From: a virus
Taxonomy: Duplodnaviria > Heunggongvirae > Uroviricota > Caudoviricetes
Strand: one strand, 5' to 3'
DNA: 64,000 nt
Virus record (IMG/VR): IMGVR_UViG_3300043436_004120
Coordinates: 1 to 64,000 of that record
Shown here: positions 44,051 to 54,541 of the stretch, in pieces
Layout: each line of letters starts with the position of its first letter
How positions within the stretch are numbered: position 1 is the stretch's first letter
Translations under genes and position numbers: made by a program
The notes under the pieces: generated by a model
Database searches by the model: none
What the model was told of the DNA's origin: nothing
Seen by the model: only the letters and a program-made list of their open reading frames with translations

Positions 44051-44356
44051 ATGATTAAAATTGAACGAAGCACAGCGGTTAATCCGACCATTTTGCGAAA
44101 CGGTACGCGCCAAGCAGTGACACTAAACATGACTGTTACTGCAGAGGAACTAGCTAGCTTGGAAGCTACTAGCGGTAGTATTACATACAGCGTTGATGAA
44201 TTGGAGGTCAAAGTGGTTGACTTTCAGCCCAGCAAACCTGCCCCCAAAGCACCAGTTGTTGACAGCGTTGCAGCTGCCGGAACAGTGGCTGCCGCCGCGC
44301 CTGCCAAGCCAGTTATTCCACCTCCACGTAAAATTCCCAAAACCACGCAAGCGTAA
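44051..44356 (+). CDS. hypothetical protein
   Basis: 101 aa, Ala/Pro-rich C-terminus. Confidence 0.4.
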   Translation: MIKIERSTAVNPTILRNGTRQAVTLNMTVTAEELASLEATSGSITYSVDELEVKVVDFQPSKPAPKAPVVDSVAAAGTVAAAAPAKPVIPPPRKIPKTTQA

Positions 44357-44814
44357 TGGCCGTTGATGCACGAGCAAAAGGTGCACGTACTGAAACCGTA
44401 GTACGTGACCTGCTTCGCAAACACACCGGTTTAGGGTGGGAACGAATACCTGGTAGTGGGGCACTTGACCCTAAACACTTGCTAAAAGGTGACTTATACG
44501 TACCAGGGCGTACTAACTTGTGGTGCGTAGAGGTTAAAGGTTATGCTGAGGATCATGTTACTTCGCAACTACTTACCAGTAAAACTCCTCAGTTAATAGA
44601 GTTTTGGCAGCAAACAATTCGTCAAGGTCAGCAAGTTAGTAAAAAACCTCTGCTAATTTTTAAATTTAATCGCAGCAAGGTATTTGTTGCGTTTGACGAA
44701 ATGCCCAACTCGCAGGCTTACCGTTGCATATACTACAATCACGAATCACACGAATTTTATGTTGCACTGCTCGAAGACTGGTTACAGCATGAGCAACCAC
44801 AATTTGTGACTTGA
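44356..44814 (+). CDS. PD-(D/E)XK nuclease (Holliday-junction resolvase-like)
   Basis: GDLYVPG...CVEVKG (D...E.K) catalytic pattern and an N-terminal basic helix typical of Hjc/VRR-NUC-like resolvases. Confidence 0.5.
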   Translation: MAVDARAKGARTETVVRDLLRKHTGLGWERIPGSGALDPKHLLKGDLYVPGRTNLWCVEVKGYAEDHVTSQLLTSKTPQLIEFWQQTIRQGQQVSKKPLLIFKFNRSKVFVAFDEMPNSQAYRCIYYNHESHEFYVALLEDWLQHEQPQFVT

Positions 44815-44865
44815 AATATAATGGTTTTCAGTGTATAATATACACTTAACCACAAAGAATATACC

Positions 44866-45711
44866 ATGAGTATTACATTTAAAAAAGCCACAGAATCAAA
44901 CAACACACTGTTGGTTGTTGATGCACTTAACTTGGCGTTTCGCTATAAACATTCGGGGGCCACAGATTTTGCCACTGACTACATTCGCACAGTTGACAGC
45001 TTGAAAAAATCTTACAAAGCATCGCACGTTATTATTGCTTGTGACCAAGGCAGTTCAGCTTATCGTAAAGCCCTCAGCCCTGAATACAAGCAAAACCGCA
45101 AAGACAAGCAAGAACAGCAAACAGATGCTGAACGTGCAGCTTTTGAACTTTTCTTTGAAGATTTCTTGGCAACCATTGCCACAATAGAAAACACAACCAG
45201 CTATCCAGTATTGAAGTTCCAAGGTGTAGAAGCCGACGATATTGCAGCTTATATTGTATCGCAAAAATCGAAGTTAAGCACAGACGATATTTGGCTAATT
45301 TCCAGCGACCGAGACTGGGACTTGCTTGTACAACCCGGCGTCTCACGATTCAGCTACGTTACACGCAAAGAAGTTACCATTGACAACTGGAATGACCACT
45401 ATGATTTTGACCCAGAAGATTACATTAGTATTAAGTGCCTTACAGGTGACAGCGGCGACAATGTTGCTGGTGTCCCTGGCATTGGGCCTAAACGAGCAGT
45501 TTCACTTGTGGCTGAGTATGGCAGCACTTACGACATTATTGCAAGTATTCCACTACCCGGTAAGTACAAATATATTCAAGAGCTAAATCAATGCCGCGAC
45601 GTGTTGTTGCTCAACTATCAGCTAATGGACTTGGTAACACACTGTCGTGAAGCTATTGGCGAGCAAAACTTATATGAAATTGACCAAACACTAGAACTTT
45701 ATTTAAAATGA
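44866..45711 (+). CDS. 5'-3' exonuclease / flap endonuclease (T4 RNase H-like)
   Basis: PIN-like N-terminal acidic clusters (LLVVDALNLAF, GVEADD) and H3TH motif GDSGDNVAGVPGIGPKRA. Confidence 0.8.
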   Translation: MSITFKKATESNNTLLVVDALNLAFRYKHSGATDFATDYIRTVDSLKKSYKASHVIIACDQGSSAYRKALSPEYKQNRKDKQEQQTDAERAAFELFFEDFLATIATIENTTSYPVLKFQGVEADDIAAYIVSQKSKLSTDDIWLISSDRDWDLLVQPGVSRFSYVTRKEVTIDNWNDHYDFDPEDYISIKCLTGDSGDNVAGVPGIGPKRAVSLVAEYGSTYDIIASIPLPGKYKYIQELNQCRDVLLLNYQLMDLVTHCREAIGEQNLYEIDQTLELYLK

Positions 45712-46178
45712 ACAACGAATATTTAATTGCCAAAGGCAGCTACAGCGACTGCATTACAGGGCCAACAATTGACTGCCAACTACAACCCGGCGCACATCTT
45801 CCACAACGTGCACATCCCACAGATGCTGGTGCAGACCTGCGTGCACTTGAAGCACACGAAATTTATCCCGATGAACAAAAACTTGTTGATACAGGAGTAG
45901 CGGTTAAAATTCCGCGAGGGTTTGCAGGCTTTATTTATAACAGGAGCTCGCAAGGGAAAAAAGGCATTACAATCCCACATTCGGTTGGAGTCATTGATTC
46001 TGATTATCGTGGAAATTTAAAAGTTTTGCTAAAAAATATTGGCGAAGACCCTTATAAAATCGAGCCGGGTGACAGGATTGCACAACTGGTAGTTCAGCGA
46101 GTTGAATTACCCACATTCCGTGACGCATGGAATGACACACAACGTGGTACTGGCGGCTTTGGCAGTACCGGACAATAA
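45708..46178 (+). CDS. dut: dUTP pyrophosphatase
   Basis: dUTPase motifs AGADLRA, GVIDSDYRGN, RGTGGFGSTG. Confidence 0.85.
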   Translation: MNNEYLIAKGSYSDCITGPTIDCQLQPGAHLPQRAHPTDAGADLRALEAHEIYPDEQKLVDTGVAVKIPRGFAGFIYNRSSQGKKGITIPHSVGVIDSDYRGNLKVLLKNIGEDPYKIEPGDRIAQLVVQRVELPTFRDAWNDTQRGTGGFGSTGQ

Positions 46179-46193
46179 CGAGAAAGATATTAG

Positions 46194-48161
46194 ATGACAG
46201 CAGTAAGCACACGAGCACAAGTAATCACACGTCGTACATATAATCGCCCAACCTCAGACGACGGTAAACAATTTGAAACATGGCAAGAAACAGTAGCTCG
46301 AGTTATTGACCACCAACAGTGGCTGTGGGAACGAGCTGTTGATCGTGACTTAAACGATGTAGAGTACGCAGAGCTATACGATCTTGAGCAACTTATGCTA
46401 GATCGTAAAGTATTAATGAGTGGTCGTACACTTTGGCTAGGTGGCACAAACGTAGCCAAAACTCGTGAAGCATCACAGTTTAATTGCAGTTTCACACACG
46501 TTGAAACAATTTACGACGTAGTAGATGTGCTATGGCTGTTGCTACAAGGTTGTGGCGTTGGCTTTAAACCAATTGTAGGTACACTAAACGGGTTCTCAAA
46601 GCCAATTAAAAATATTCGCGTAGTGCGTTCTGTACGTACTGCCAAGGGCGGTAATGAAGAAAATGTTGAATATTGGGAAGAAGCTACCAAAACTTGGACT
46701 ATTCAAATCGGAGACAGTGCAGAAGCTTGGGCAAAGTCTATTGGCAAGCTGCTTGCGGGTAAGTACCCTGCTGATACTTTGGTTCTTGATTTTAGTCAAC
46801 TACGACCTGCTGGTGAAAGGCTAAAAGGCTATGGATGGATTTCGTCAGGCGATTCGGCAATTAGTACTGCTTATACTGCTATTGCCAATATACTTAATGG
46901 CAGGGCTGATAGCTTGCTTACCCGTATGGACATCCTCGATATTGTCAATCATCTGGGCACCATTCTTAGCAGTCGTAGAAGTGCGGAGATTGCACTATTT
47001 GATTATGACCAACCTGAGTGGGAAGAATTTGCAGTAGCCAAAAAAGACTGGTGGTTGCATAATAATGCACACCGCACGCAATCAAACAACAGTTTAGTAT
47101 TTAAAAAGAAGCCGCTAAAATCTGACTTAGAACGCATCTTCGGGATGATGACAGAAGCAGGTGGAAGTGAACCAGGATTTATCAATGAAGTTGAAGCACT
47201 CCGACGCGCTCCGTGGTTTAAGGGAGCCAATCCATGCGTTGAAATCTTACTCGGTAACAAGGCTTTCTGTAATCTTACCGAAACTGACATTGCCAAGTTC
47301 AAAGGCGACACTGCCGGCTTGCACAACGCTATACGACTGGCAGCTCGTGCCAACTACCGACAAACCTGTGTTAATCTTCAGGACGGCATTCTTCAAGAGT
47401 CTTGGCACCTTAACAACTATTTCCTACGACTATGCGGTGTAGGCTTAACAGGTATTGCAATGCGTCCAGACATGGGCAGCTATGATTACGAATACTTAAA
47501 GCGTACTGCTACAAGTGCTGCTGTGGGTATGAGTTTAGAGCTTGGATTGCCTGCTCCTAAAAACGTAACTTGTATCAAGCCGTCTGGTACACTGAGTAAA
47601 ATCATGGATACCACAGAAGGCGTACATAAACCACTGGGAAAGTACATTTTCAACAATGTTCAGTTTAGCAAACATGACCCGGTGGTTGAGAAGCTACGTG
47701 AAGCTGGTTACCGTGTTATTAATCATCCTGTTGATGATTCTGGAGTTCTTGTTACGTTCCCAGTAATGTGGGACGGCGTTCCATTTGATAAAGTTGATGG
47801 CAAAGAGGTTAACCTTGAAAGTGCTGTTACGCAGCTAGAGCGATACAAATTGCTGCAAACTTCATGGAATCAACAAAACACATCGGTAACTATTAGTTAT
47901 GACCCAGGCGAAGTGCCTGCAATCATTGACTGGTTGCTAGATAACTGGGACTGCTATGTTGGTGTAAGTTTTATCTACCGTACTGACCCTACTAAAACAG
48001 CTAAAGACTTAGGATACCTATATTTACCACAAGAAGTTGTGGATGAACACACATACCGTGAGTATGTTGCCACAGTTGGTGAGGTTGACTTAAACAACAC
48101 CAACTCATTTGATGAGATCACAGACGCCGAATGTGCCACAGGCGCTTGCCCAATTAAATAA
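46194..48161 (+). CDS. nrdJ: ribonucleotide reductase, probably class II (monomeric, B12-dependent NrdJ-like)
   Basis: 655 aa; LQGCGVGF active-site region; C-terminal CATGACP redox cysteine pair; no NrdB/NrdD in the window. Confidence 0.65.
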   Translation: MTAVSTRAQVITRRTYNRPTSDDGKQFETWQETVARVIDHQQWLWERAVDRDLNDVEYAELYDLEQLMLDRKVLMSGRTLWLGGTNVAKTREASQFNCSFTHVETIYDVVDVLWLLLQGCGVGFKPIVGTLNGFSKPIKNIRVVRSVRTAKGGNEENVEYWEEATKTWTIQIGDSAEAWAKSIGKLLAGKYPADTLVLDFSQLRPAGERLKGYGWISSGDSAISTAYTAIANILNGRADSLLTRMDILDIVNHLGTILSSRRSAEIALFDYDQPEWEEFAVAKKDWWLHNNAHRTQSNNSLVFKKKPLKSDLERIFGMMTEAGGSEPGFINEVEALRRAPWFKGANPCVEILLGNKAFCNLTETDIAKFKGDTAGLHNAIRLAARANYRQTCVNLQDGILQESWHLNNYFLRLCGVGLTGIAMRPDMGSYDYEYLKRTATSAAVGMSLELGLPAPKNVTCIKPSGTLSKIMDTTEGVHKPLGKYIFNNVQFSKHDPVVEKLREAGYRVINHPVDDSGVLVTFPVMWDGVPFDKVDGKEVNLESAVTQLERYKLLQTSWNQQNTSVTISYDPGEVPAIIDWLLDNWDCYVGVSFIYRTDPTKTAKDLGYLYLPQEVVDEHTYREYVATVGEVDLNNTNSFDEITDAECATGACPIK

Positions 48162-48162
48162 T

Positions 48163-48357
48163 ATGATAAACCAAAACCCAAATTTTACAATCGAAATCAA
48201 CTTAGAAGAAACAAACATGGTTCTTGCAGCACTGCAAGAGCTACCAGCTAAGTTTTGTAACCCACTAAGCGAAAAAATCAAAGCCCAGGCCCAATCACAA
48301 ATTGCAGAACTGCAAGCTCTAACTCAAGAACCAGTGGCTGAACCCGCAGGCGAATAA
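48163..48357 (+). CDS. hypothetical protein
   Basis: Internal Met of track ORF 48109..48357, immediately after the reductase stop. Confidence 0.35.
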   Translation: MINQNPNFTIEINLEETNMVLAALQELPAKFCNPLSEKIKAQAQSQIAELQALTQEPVAEPAGE

Positions 48358-48371
48358 TTAGCCAAATAAAA

Positions 48372-48406
48372 AGCCCCCGCATCAGAAGATTCGGGGGCTT
48401 TTTTGT
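48372..48406 (+). terminator. rho-independent terminator
   Basis: AAAAGCCCCCG-catcagaagatt-CGGGGGCTTTTTT. Confidence 0.7.
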
Positions 48407-48613
48407 CGTTAAAATTTCGTAGGGTGCGCCAATGCACTTGCCCAAAAATACCCAGCATAATTTCTTATTACCGTGCATTTATGCTCCAGGAACCCTAAAA
48501 GTTGGGTTGCGCTGATTGCAAAACTGTTGTATAATTACCTCAGTTCTTAAATTTTAAGAGCTGCGCAGTGATACGCAGTATCATATCTATCCACAACACA
48601 GAAACTTATTTAT

Positions 48614-49528
48614 ATGGATGATACAACAACTGGCGTACCTGTTTCTGCAGATGCAACTGCAGAAGCTATGGAGGCGCTTAAAAAACAAGCTAGTTTTGCT
48701 GATGAATATTACAAGCAACTAGTATCTCAAACTAAAGAAACTTTAAAGGATAAAAGTATGGCAGAAGTAATGACACCCGGTATGATTATGGGTATGGGCG
48801 GTAGCAATGATGGTAGTTTCGGCGGAGGCGGTTTAATCGGCGGCCTTATCTTAGGAAGCTTGTTACGCAATAACGGAAACTTACTTGGCGGAGAAGGCGG
48901 TGGAGCAGCACTAGGTGCCACACTACGTAACCCACCAGAACAAAACCAAGCTAACATGAGCCTAATGCAAAGCATTGGTGCTGTTGACAAAGCAGTAGCT
49001 GTATCAACAGCAGCAATGGAAGCCTCACAAGCTAACCAAACTATTGGACTTAATGCAGCACTAAATGCTGTTACTCAGGGACTGTCTTTACGTATTGACA
49101 ACGTAAAAGATGTAGTTAACCAGAATTCCGTTGCACTAATGCAAGGTCAAGCAGCTATTCAACAAAATATCATGGAAAACCGCTATGAGTTGTCCAAAGA
49201 CATTAGTGCTGATGGTGAGAAGACTCGTGCTTTAATCACACAACAGTACGAACTAAACTTACAGCGTCAACTAGCTGATGCAAACGCAGCTATTATTGAA
49301 CTACGTGGTCGTGAGCACTCTAGTGTTGTAGGTCGTGGCGTAGAAGTTACCACAACCAACAACATCAACCAGATGCAACAACAACAGCAACAACAAGCTC
49401 AATATGGTCAACTAGCCAACTTGATTTGGAGTTTAGGTCAAAGCATTCAAAATGGTAATGCAGCAATTAACGTTGGAAGCGGTACACAAACTGCTAATCC
49501 AGCAAATACAAATACTAACATTCGTTAA
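48614..49528 (+). CDS. Gly/Gln-rich protein (possible virion or scaffold-like protein)
   Basis: 304 aa; GG-rich and poly-Q segments, coiled-coil-like C-terminus. Confidence 0.45.
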   Translation: MDDTTTGVPVSADATAEAMEALKKQASFADEYYKQLVSQTKETLKDKSMAEVMTPGMIMGMGGSNDGSFGGGGLIGGLILGSLLRNNGNLLGGEGGGAALGATLRNPPEQNQANMSLMQSIGAVDKAVAVSTAAMEASQANQTIGLNAALNAVTQGLSLRIDNVKDVVNQNSVALMQGQAAIQQNIMENRYELSKDISADGEKTRALITQQYELNLQRQLADANAAIIELRGREHSSVVGRGVEVTTTNNINQMQQQQQQQAQYGQLANLIWSLGQSIQNGNAAINVGSGTQTANPANTNTNIR

Positions 49529-49535
49529 TATTGCT

Positions 49536-49570
49536 AGCCCCCGCAGCCACAAGCCGTGGGGGCTTTTTTC
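49536..49570 (+). terminator. rho-independent terminator
   Basis: AGCCCCCGC...GTGGGGGCTTTTTT. Confidence 0.6.
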
Positions 49571-49584
49571 GTAGAGGAACTAAC

Positions 49585-50175
49585 ATGCAATATCAAACAA
49601 TGCCTTTTGGTTGGTGCATGCCACCGTACCTTCCACTTCCGCCAACAATTGACGATCGTGACTTGTTTATAAATAGTGTAGTAAACGGTGGCACAGGTAC
49701 ACCAGGGCCAGAAGGACCAACCGGACCCCAAGGTGAAGCAGGCGTAGGAGTTGTGTCAGCAGAAGTAACTGATAACCCAGGAGACTTGCTATTACTGCTA
49801 ACTGACGGGACTATAATTAATGCGGGCCCTGTAATAGGCCCGACAGGACCGCAAGGAGATATGGGGCCGCCTGGACCAAGTGGCGGCTGCAGTTGCGCTA
49901 CCAAAACTATCACACAGGACTATACGGCCGTTGAAACCGACTGCTATATTGGTGCACAGCTAAAAGATAAGGCAACGGTTACGTTGCGAAACACAGTTCC
50001 ACCAGGCACACGTTACACGATAAAACTGGAGTTTGGTGCACCCGTTGGTAACCGAAAATTAATTGTACAACCAGAGTCACCAGCACTAATAAACGGCGTT
50101 ACTGCAATTACACTAACAACCCCATACGAGTCAGTTAGTGTAATTTACAACAACAACCACTGGTGGACAATTTAA
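49585..50175 (+). CDS. collagen-like (G-X-Y repeat) protein
   Basis: GTPGPEGPTGPQGEAGVG and GPTGPQGDMGPPGPSGG triple-helix repeats; start with SD GAGGAA. Confidence 0.6.
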   Translation: MQYQTMPFGWCMPPYLPLPPTIDDRDLFINSVVNGGTGTPGPEGPTGPQGEAGVGVVSAEVTDNPGDLLLLLTDGTIINAGPVIGPTGPQGDMGPPGPSGGCSCATKTITQDYTAVETDCYIGAQLKDKATVTLRNTVPPGTRYTIKLEFGAPVGNRKLIVQPESPALINGVTAITLTTPYESVSVIYNNNHWWTI

Positions 50176-50184
50176 GGAAATAAA

Positions 50185-50622
50185 ATGGAAGAACTAAAAA
50201 TGGCCCTTAAAAAGGCTTTTGCAACAACCTATGGCTTCCTAGTAAAAGCAGAAAACTTTCACTGGAATGTAGTAGGCCCAAACTTTGTACAACATCACGA
50301 ATTGTTTGGAAAAATATACGACGAGGTAGATGATGCGCTTGATGACTTTGCTGAGCGTGTGCGCGCTTTGCGCTGCTATGTACCTGCTAGCTTTAGCCAA
50401 CTTAAAGATCATTCGCTTGTTTTGGATACACTGGAAGTACTGCCGCCTACCGAAATGGTACGTACGCTATACGTTGACAACGGCAAAGTACATATCGCGT
50501 TGATGGAAGCCTATGCACTAGCTGAATCAATTGGTGAGCATGGTTTAAGTGCTTTTTTAAGTGAACGTATCGATGCACATCGTAAACACGGCTGGATGCT
50601 TTATTCAACAATGCAACCGTAA
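50185..50622 (+). CDS. dps: Dps-like ferritin (DNA-binding protein from starved cells family)
   Basis: HWNVVGPNFVQHHELFGKIYDEVDDALDDFAERVRAL matches the Dps ferroxidase-site signature. Confidence 0.7.
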   Translation: MEELKMALKKAFATTYGFLVKAENFHWNVVGPNFVQHHELFGKIYDEVDDALDDFAERVRALRCYVPASFSQLKDHSLVLDTLEVLPPTEMVRTLYVDNGKVHIALMEAYALAESIGEHGLSAFLSERIDAHRKHGWMLYSTMQP

Positions 50623-50626
50623 ACAA

Positions 50627-50661
50627 AAAGCCCCTAAGTAGCAGTACTTAGGGGCTTTTTT
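50627..50661. terminator. bidirectional terminator between convergent genes
   Basis: AAAAAGCCCCTAAGTA-gcag-TACTTAGGGGCTTTTTT. Confidence 0.7.
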
Positions 50662-50751
50662 ATTAATATCCAGGCTTTGGTTTTTTACCAGGAACTTTTG
50701 GCATTTTTGCAGGAGGTTTTGGTTTAGTTGCCATAATTGCTTTCTATAAAA

Positions 50752-51441
50752 TTAAAGTGGGGTATCTTCGTCAGAGTCTTCGTCGTCTACATCTTCGTAG
50801 TCAACCATGTCTTCTGGTGCTAGTTCGTGGAATACTAACACTAAAATATCGCGGTATGGTTGTTCTACTAAGTGCAAGTCTAGTAAGTAAGTATCTAAGT
50901 GATTGTTTCGTAGCAGCTGTGCGTGGTACATAAACTGACCGAAAGCGTCTAACTGTTCCGAAATGTTTTCGTTAGCATAGTCTTCTAGTGTTTGTGCAGC
51001 AGCCATTAACATCATGTGTGGAATCTGCGATTTGGTTACTGATACCAAGTGCATTGCTTTGGCTTCGCGTGCACGCATAATTTGATTACGCTTTGCGGTG
51101 CTCCACGAGTATCCTCCGTCGCCACCCCATAAATCCCAAGCTACTCGACCTTTGCTTGGAAAACCTTCTTCGCCGCTGCGAAAGCCTGTTGCTTTTTTGT
51201 CTACTTCGTGTCGTGCAAAAAACGAATACATTCGTAGCACAACACTCTCCGATAACGGTTCACGATCTTTTAGTTGATTAGCACGAGCCAAACCAACTAG
51301 TGTACCGCCAGGTTCACCGTCTGCTTTCCACTTCAAGGCACGTTTAGCGGCAGTTGCCATGCCGGTTGTTGGTTTGTATGTTTTTGCCATATTAGTTTCT
51401 ATAAGCCATAATAATTTGTTTACACATTTTTGATCGGACAA
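50752..51441 (-). CDS. hypothetical protein (acidic C-terminal tail)
   Basis: 229 aa; poly-acidic C-terminus (DYEDVDDEDSDEDTPL). Confidence 0.45.
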   Translation of the reverse strand: MSDQKCVNKLLWLIETNMAKTYKPTTGMATAAKRALKWKADGEPGGTLVGLARANQLKDREPLSESVVLRMYSFFARHEVDKKATGFRSGEEGFPSKGRVAWDLWGGDGGYSWSTAKRNQIMRAREAKAMHLVSVTKSQIPHMMLMAAAQTLEDYANENISEQLDAFGQFMYHAQLLRNNHLDTYLLDLHLVEQPYRDILVLVFHELAPEDMVDYEDVDDEDSDEDTPL

Positions 51442-52147
51442 TGTCTTCGTCTAAGAACTCTACAACTTCAATGCCGTCAATGTTTTCTAAACGCTCAACT
51501 GCATCTTCAAGTCCACTATCAGGAATGTCTGACTGCTCGGTATCGCCTGAAAAAATCATTTTGCAGTTTTTGCCAATTCTACTCAGCAGCATTTTCATTT
51601 CTTCACGTGTGCAGTTTTGTGCCTCATCTACTAACACAATGCAGTTGTCAAAAGTGGTGCCGCGTAGGAACCCTAGCGGAGTAGGGTCGATATCCTTTGA
51701 CCTTAAACAATACTCATAAAACCCTTTGCCAAGTGCTTTGGTAAAAATTGCGTCAAACGGTAGCAAGTATGGTGCGTACTTTTCTTCTAGTGTACCGGGT
51801 AAAAAGCCTAAGCCCCTGCCAGTTTCAATGTTTGGTCTGGTTAGGATAACTTTGTCTACACGTTTATAATATAATTCTCGTGCAGCATAGTTAGCTGCAA
51901 TAAAAGTTTTACCAGTGCCTGCACTACCTATTCCAAATATAACGTCATTGTTCTCAATTGCATCTAGATATTCTCCTTGTACGAAGTTTAGTGGTTGAAC
52001 TTCTTTAAAGGTATAGTTACGTTGAGGCTGAGGTTCGTCAAAACCTTCATGCTTACTTTGACGCAGTCTAGACTTCTCTGCCTGTGTGGGCTGTGTAGAC
52101 TTTTTTGCTGGAAAGGTGCGATGTGATTTACCACTATTTCTTGCCAT
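51392..52147 (-). CDS. phoH: PhoH-like ATPase
   Basis: Walker A GSAGTGKTF, Walker B VLVDEAQN, PhoH-family C-terminal motifs. Confidence 0.85.
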   Translation of the reverse strand: MARNSGKSHRTFPAKKSTQPTQAEKSRLRQSKHEGFDEPQPQRNYTFKEVQPLNFVQGEYLDAIENNDVIFGIGSAGTGKTFIAANYAARELYYKRVDKVILTRPNIETGRGLGFLPGTLEEKYAPYLLPFDAIFTKALGKGFYEYCLRSKDIDPTPLGFLRGTTFDNCIVLVDEAQNCTREEMKMLLSRIGKNCKMIFSGDTEQSDIPDSGLEDAVERLENIDGIEVVEFLDEDIVRSKMCKQIIMAYRN

Positions 52148-52225
52148 GTACTTCCTTGTTGGTTTATAAAAATCCGGGGTAAGTACTTATTATACCACCC
52201 CTTGTTTATAGTGTCAAATAAAAAT

Positions 52226-52426
52226 TTATTTACCCTGCTTTGGTGGCGGCACTGGTGTACCTTCTAGCTTTTTATGAATTTTTACTTCTTTGCAAACTTC
52301 TTTGGGCTTTTTTGTTTTGGGGTCTGTTTGCTCAACACAAACACGTTTGGTTTCTGCGGCAGCAAAAACTGTTGGTGGCGCCAATAAGCCTAAAATTGTT
52401 GCTAACACAATTAATGGTAGTTTCAT
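52226..52426 (-). CDS. small secreted Lys-rich protein
   Basis: Signal peptide, then a basic mature region. Confidence 0.4.
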   Translation of the reverse strand: MKLPLIVLATILGLLAPPTVFAAAETKRVCVEQTDPKTKKPKEVCKEVKIHKKLEGTPVPPPKQGK

Positions 52427-52879
52427 TTAAATCTCCGGTTGAAATGCTTGTTGTGGTGCAGGTTTACCATTTATAAAACGTATTTCTGCTGTGGCTGTTC
52501 CATTAAATCCGGCAGTAGTAGAAAAACCAGGACTAAATGTAGGCTCTTGTTTGGGTACATACGAAGTTTTAGCTGCGGCAGCTGCATTTTCTTGTGCTTG
52601 TTTCATTAGTGCTAGACTGGCATCTACTTCTTCTTTGCTGCCTCCGGCTAACATAATTCCAGATAATGTACCAGTTAAAAATGTTGCAATTGGTACAATT
52701 AACTCAAAAAACTTTTGGTCGATTGGCGAAATTGCGTTTAATGGTTGAGTTACAAAAATAAGAGAGTATAAAACAACAAACACAATTCCTGTTAGTGTAA
52801 GTGCTAAACATACCCCAATAAAGAATTTTAAACGAGCCATTAATTGCTCGTCGCTGTATAAAAATTGATTACTTTGCAC
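52427..52879 (-). CDS. membrane protein (3 predicted TM segments)
   Basis: Three hydrophobic helices. Confidence 0.4.
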   Translation of the reverse strand: MQSNQFLYSDEQLMARLKFFIGVCLALTLTGIVFVVLYSLIFVTQPLNAISPIDQKFFELIVPIATFLTGTLSGIMLAGGSKEEVDASLALMKQAQENAAAAAKTSYVPKQEPTFSPGFSTTAGFNGTATAEIRFINGKPAPQQAFQPEI

Positions 52880-53138
52880 AGGAGACTCCTGGAGTTGTGG
52901 TTAAGGGGGCTGGCGTACTAGTGGCTTGTGGATCAATTCGTGGATCACGTTGGCCTTTGAACACATGGTCTGGGCAAGTACGAGTTACATCACAAATTGG
53001 TCGTTTACATTGAGCCGTTTCCCAGTTTTCTGGATTTTGGCATGGATATCGAAAACGGTCTCCACCAAAAAATGCTAGTGTAACTGGCAGTAGTACTAGT
53101 ACTCCTAGCCACTTAAATAGTTTAAGGTCTGTGTTCAT
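52869..53138 (-). CDS. small secreted Cys-rich protein
   Basis: Signal peptide plus 6 Cys. Confidence 0.4.
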   Translation of the reverse strand: MNTDLKLFKWLGVLVLLPVTLAFFGGDRFRYPCQNPENWETAQCKRPICDVTRTCPDHVFKGQRDPRIDPQATSTPAPLTTTPGVSCAK

Positions 53139-53139
53139 T

Positions 53140-53727
53140 TTATTTCCCTGCTAGTGGGTTGTCAATGGCTTTTTGGATTTTGGTGTCAACTTCTTTTTTA
53201 AGTGTTTCAACTTCACGAGATATTTCACGACGAGCAGTTGCCATTTCTCGACGAATTAGTTCAACTTCGCTTTTTGCCTTATCCAAGTCTTCACGCACGT
53301 CTTTACGAGCTTGACGTATTTCTTGCTCAGTTTCACGTTGTGCTTGCTTTACTGCACGCTCTACTTGTTCTGTTACTGACTCGTTGCGACGAATATCTTG
53401 TTTTAGGTCATTTTTAATATCACGAGTATAGTCTGTTGTTTTTGACGAGTTTTCTTCAATAACAGCCAGGCGCTTATCAAACTCACTTAAGTCTGGAGCA
53501 GTATACTCAGCTATTTTCTTTTTCATGCTTTGATAGTCTTTGTATACTTCAAACGCACCGTAAAGACCGCCTAGTAGTGAGCTAACTAATGTAAAAGCTA
53601 CCATTAATTTAGCGGGCGTAAATTCGTATCCACCAATTGAAATAACGGTATCTTTGCTTGCATACTGTTTTGCAGTAGCTTCTATCTTATCTACCTGGGT
53701 GTTTATATTTTTTATTTCTGTAGTCAT
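53140..53727 (-). CDS. membrane-anchored coiled-coil protein
   Basis: One N-proximal TM (FTLVSSLLGGLYGAF) followed by a long charged coiled coil. Confidence 0.45.
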   Translation of the reverse strand: MTTEIKNINTQVDKIEATAKQYASKDTVISIGGYEFTPAKLMVAFTLVSSLLGGLYGAFEVYKDYQSMKKKIAEYTAPDLSEFDKRLAVIEENSSKTTDYTRDIKNDLKQDIRRNESVTEQVERAVKQAQRETEQEIRQARKDVREDLDKAKSEVELIRREMATARREISREVETLKKEVDTKIQKAIDNPLAGK

Positions 53728-53735
53728 ATCGTCCT

Positions 53736-54155
53736 TTACTTACTATTAACCATGTTCTCAAACTTTAGTGCTCGCAAGTTCTGCAACTCGCGCTCTAGTT
53801 TTTGAACTTCCATACGCTTCTTTTTTAGCTCTAGCTGATATAACTCATTGCAGTCTAAGCGAGTTCGTGGAGCACCTATTGGTATTGTAATCCTGCCGTA
53901 CACGCCAACATCGCGCTGCTGCATATTTAAGTCCGTGGTTATTGTATTAGGTGCCCTGTTAATAACACCTATTACACCAAACTCTACGTTGGTAGCACTA
54001 CCTATTGCCATAGAACAATCAAGGCCTTCTGCACGAAAGCTATCAGATTGATAGCTACCCGGCGCGCCTGGTAGTGCTAGGTTAATGGAGTTATTTTGAC
54101 CAAAAGCAGGTACTCCAAGACTAAATAGCAGTACGCAACATAAGAATCTAAGCAT
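53736..54155 (-). CDS. secreted protein
   Basis: Signal peptide MLRFLCCVLLFSLGVPAFG. Confidence 0.4.
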   Translation of the reverse strand: MLRFLCCVLLFSLGVPAFGQNNSINLALPGAPGSYQSDSFRAEGLDCSMAIGSATNVEFGVIGVINRAPNTITTDLNMQQRDVGVYGRITIPIGAPRTRLDCNELYQLELKKKRMEVQKLERELQNLRALKFENMVNSK

Positions 54156-54538
54156 TATTTAACCTTAGAACATATTTTTGATGAAATTGCTGTATCTCGG
54201 GCGTCTTGTTTACGAAGACGAGATTCAGTGCAAATGTAAACTATACGAGATAAATCTTGAGCCTTGATATACACATTTACCGGCTTTGTTTCAAGATACC
54301 TAATATTTACTAGTTTATTTTCAGTAGCAAAAGGCAAAGACTTCCAATTAGCGTCATAGACGTCTAGTTCATAGTACTCTACATCTTGTCGTTTATTAAA
54401 AAGCTCCATTCTAGTGCTGAGTACCCCGTCTACAAAGGAGGTGCTGAACTTAGGGTAAGTAGGAGTAAATTGGTGTGCCTGTAGCGGCACACCAATCAAG
54501 CATAAGCTAAGTACTAGACTGTTTACTAGTCTGTGCAT
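54155..54538 (-). CDS. secreted protein
   Basis: Signal peptide; ATGA-coupled with its neighbour. Confidence 0.4.
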   Translation of the reverse strand: MHRLVNSLVLSLCLIGVPLQAHQFTPTYPKFSTSFVDGVLSTRMELFNKRQDVEYYELDVYDANWKSLPFATENKLVNIRYLETKPVNVYIKAQDLSRIVYICTESRLRKQDARDTAISSKICSKVK

Positions 54539-54541
54539 AGT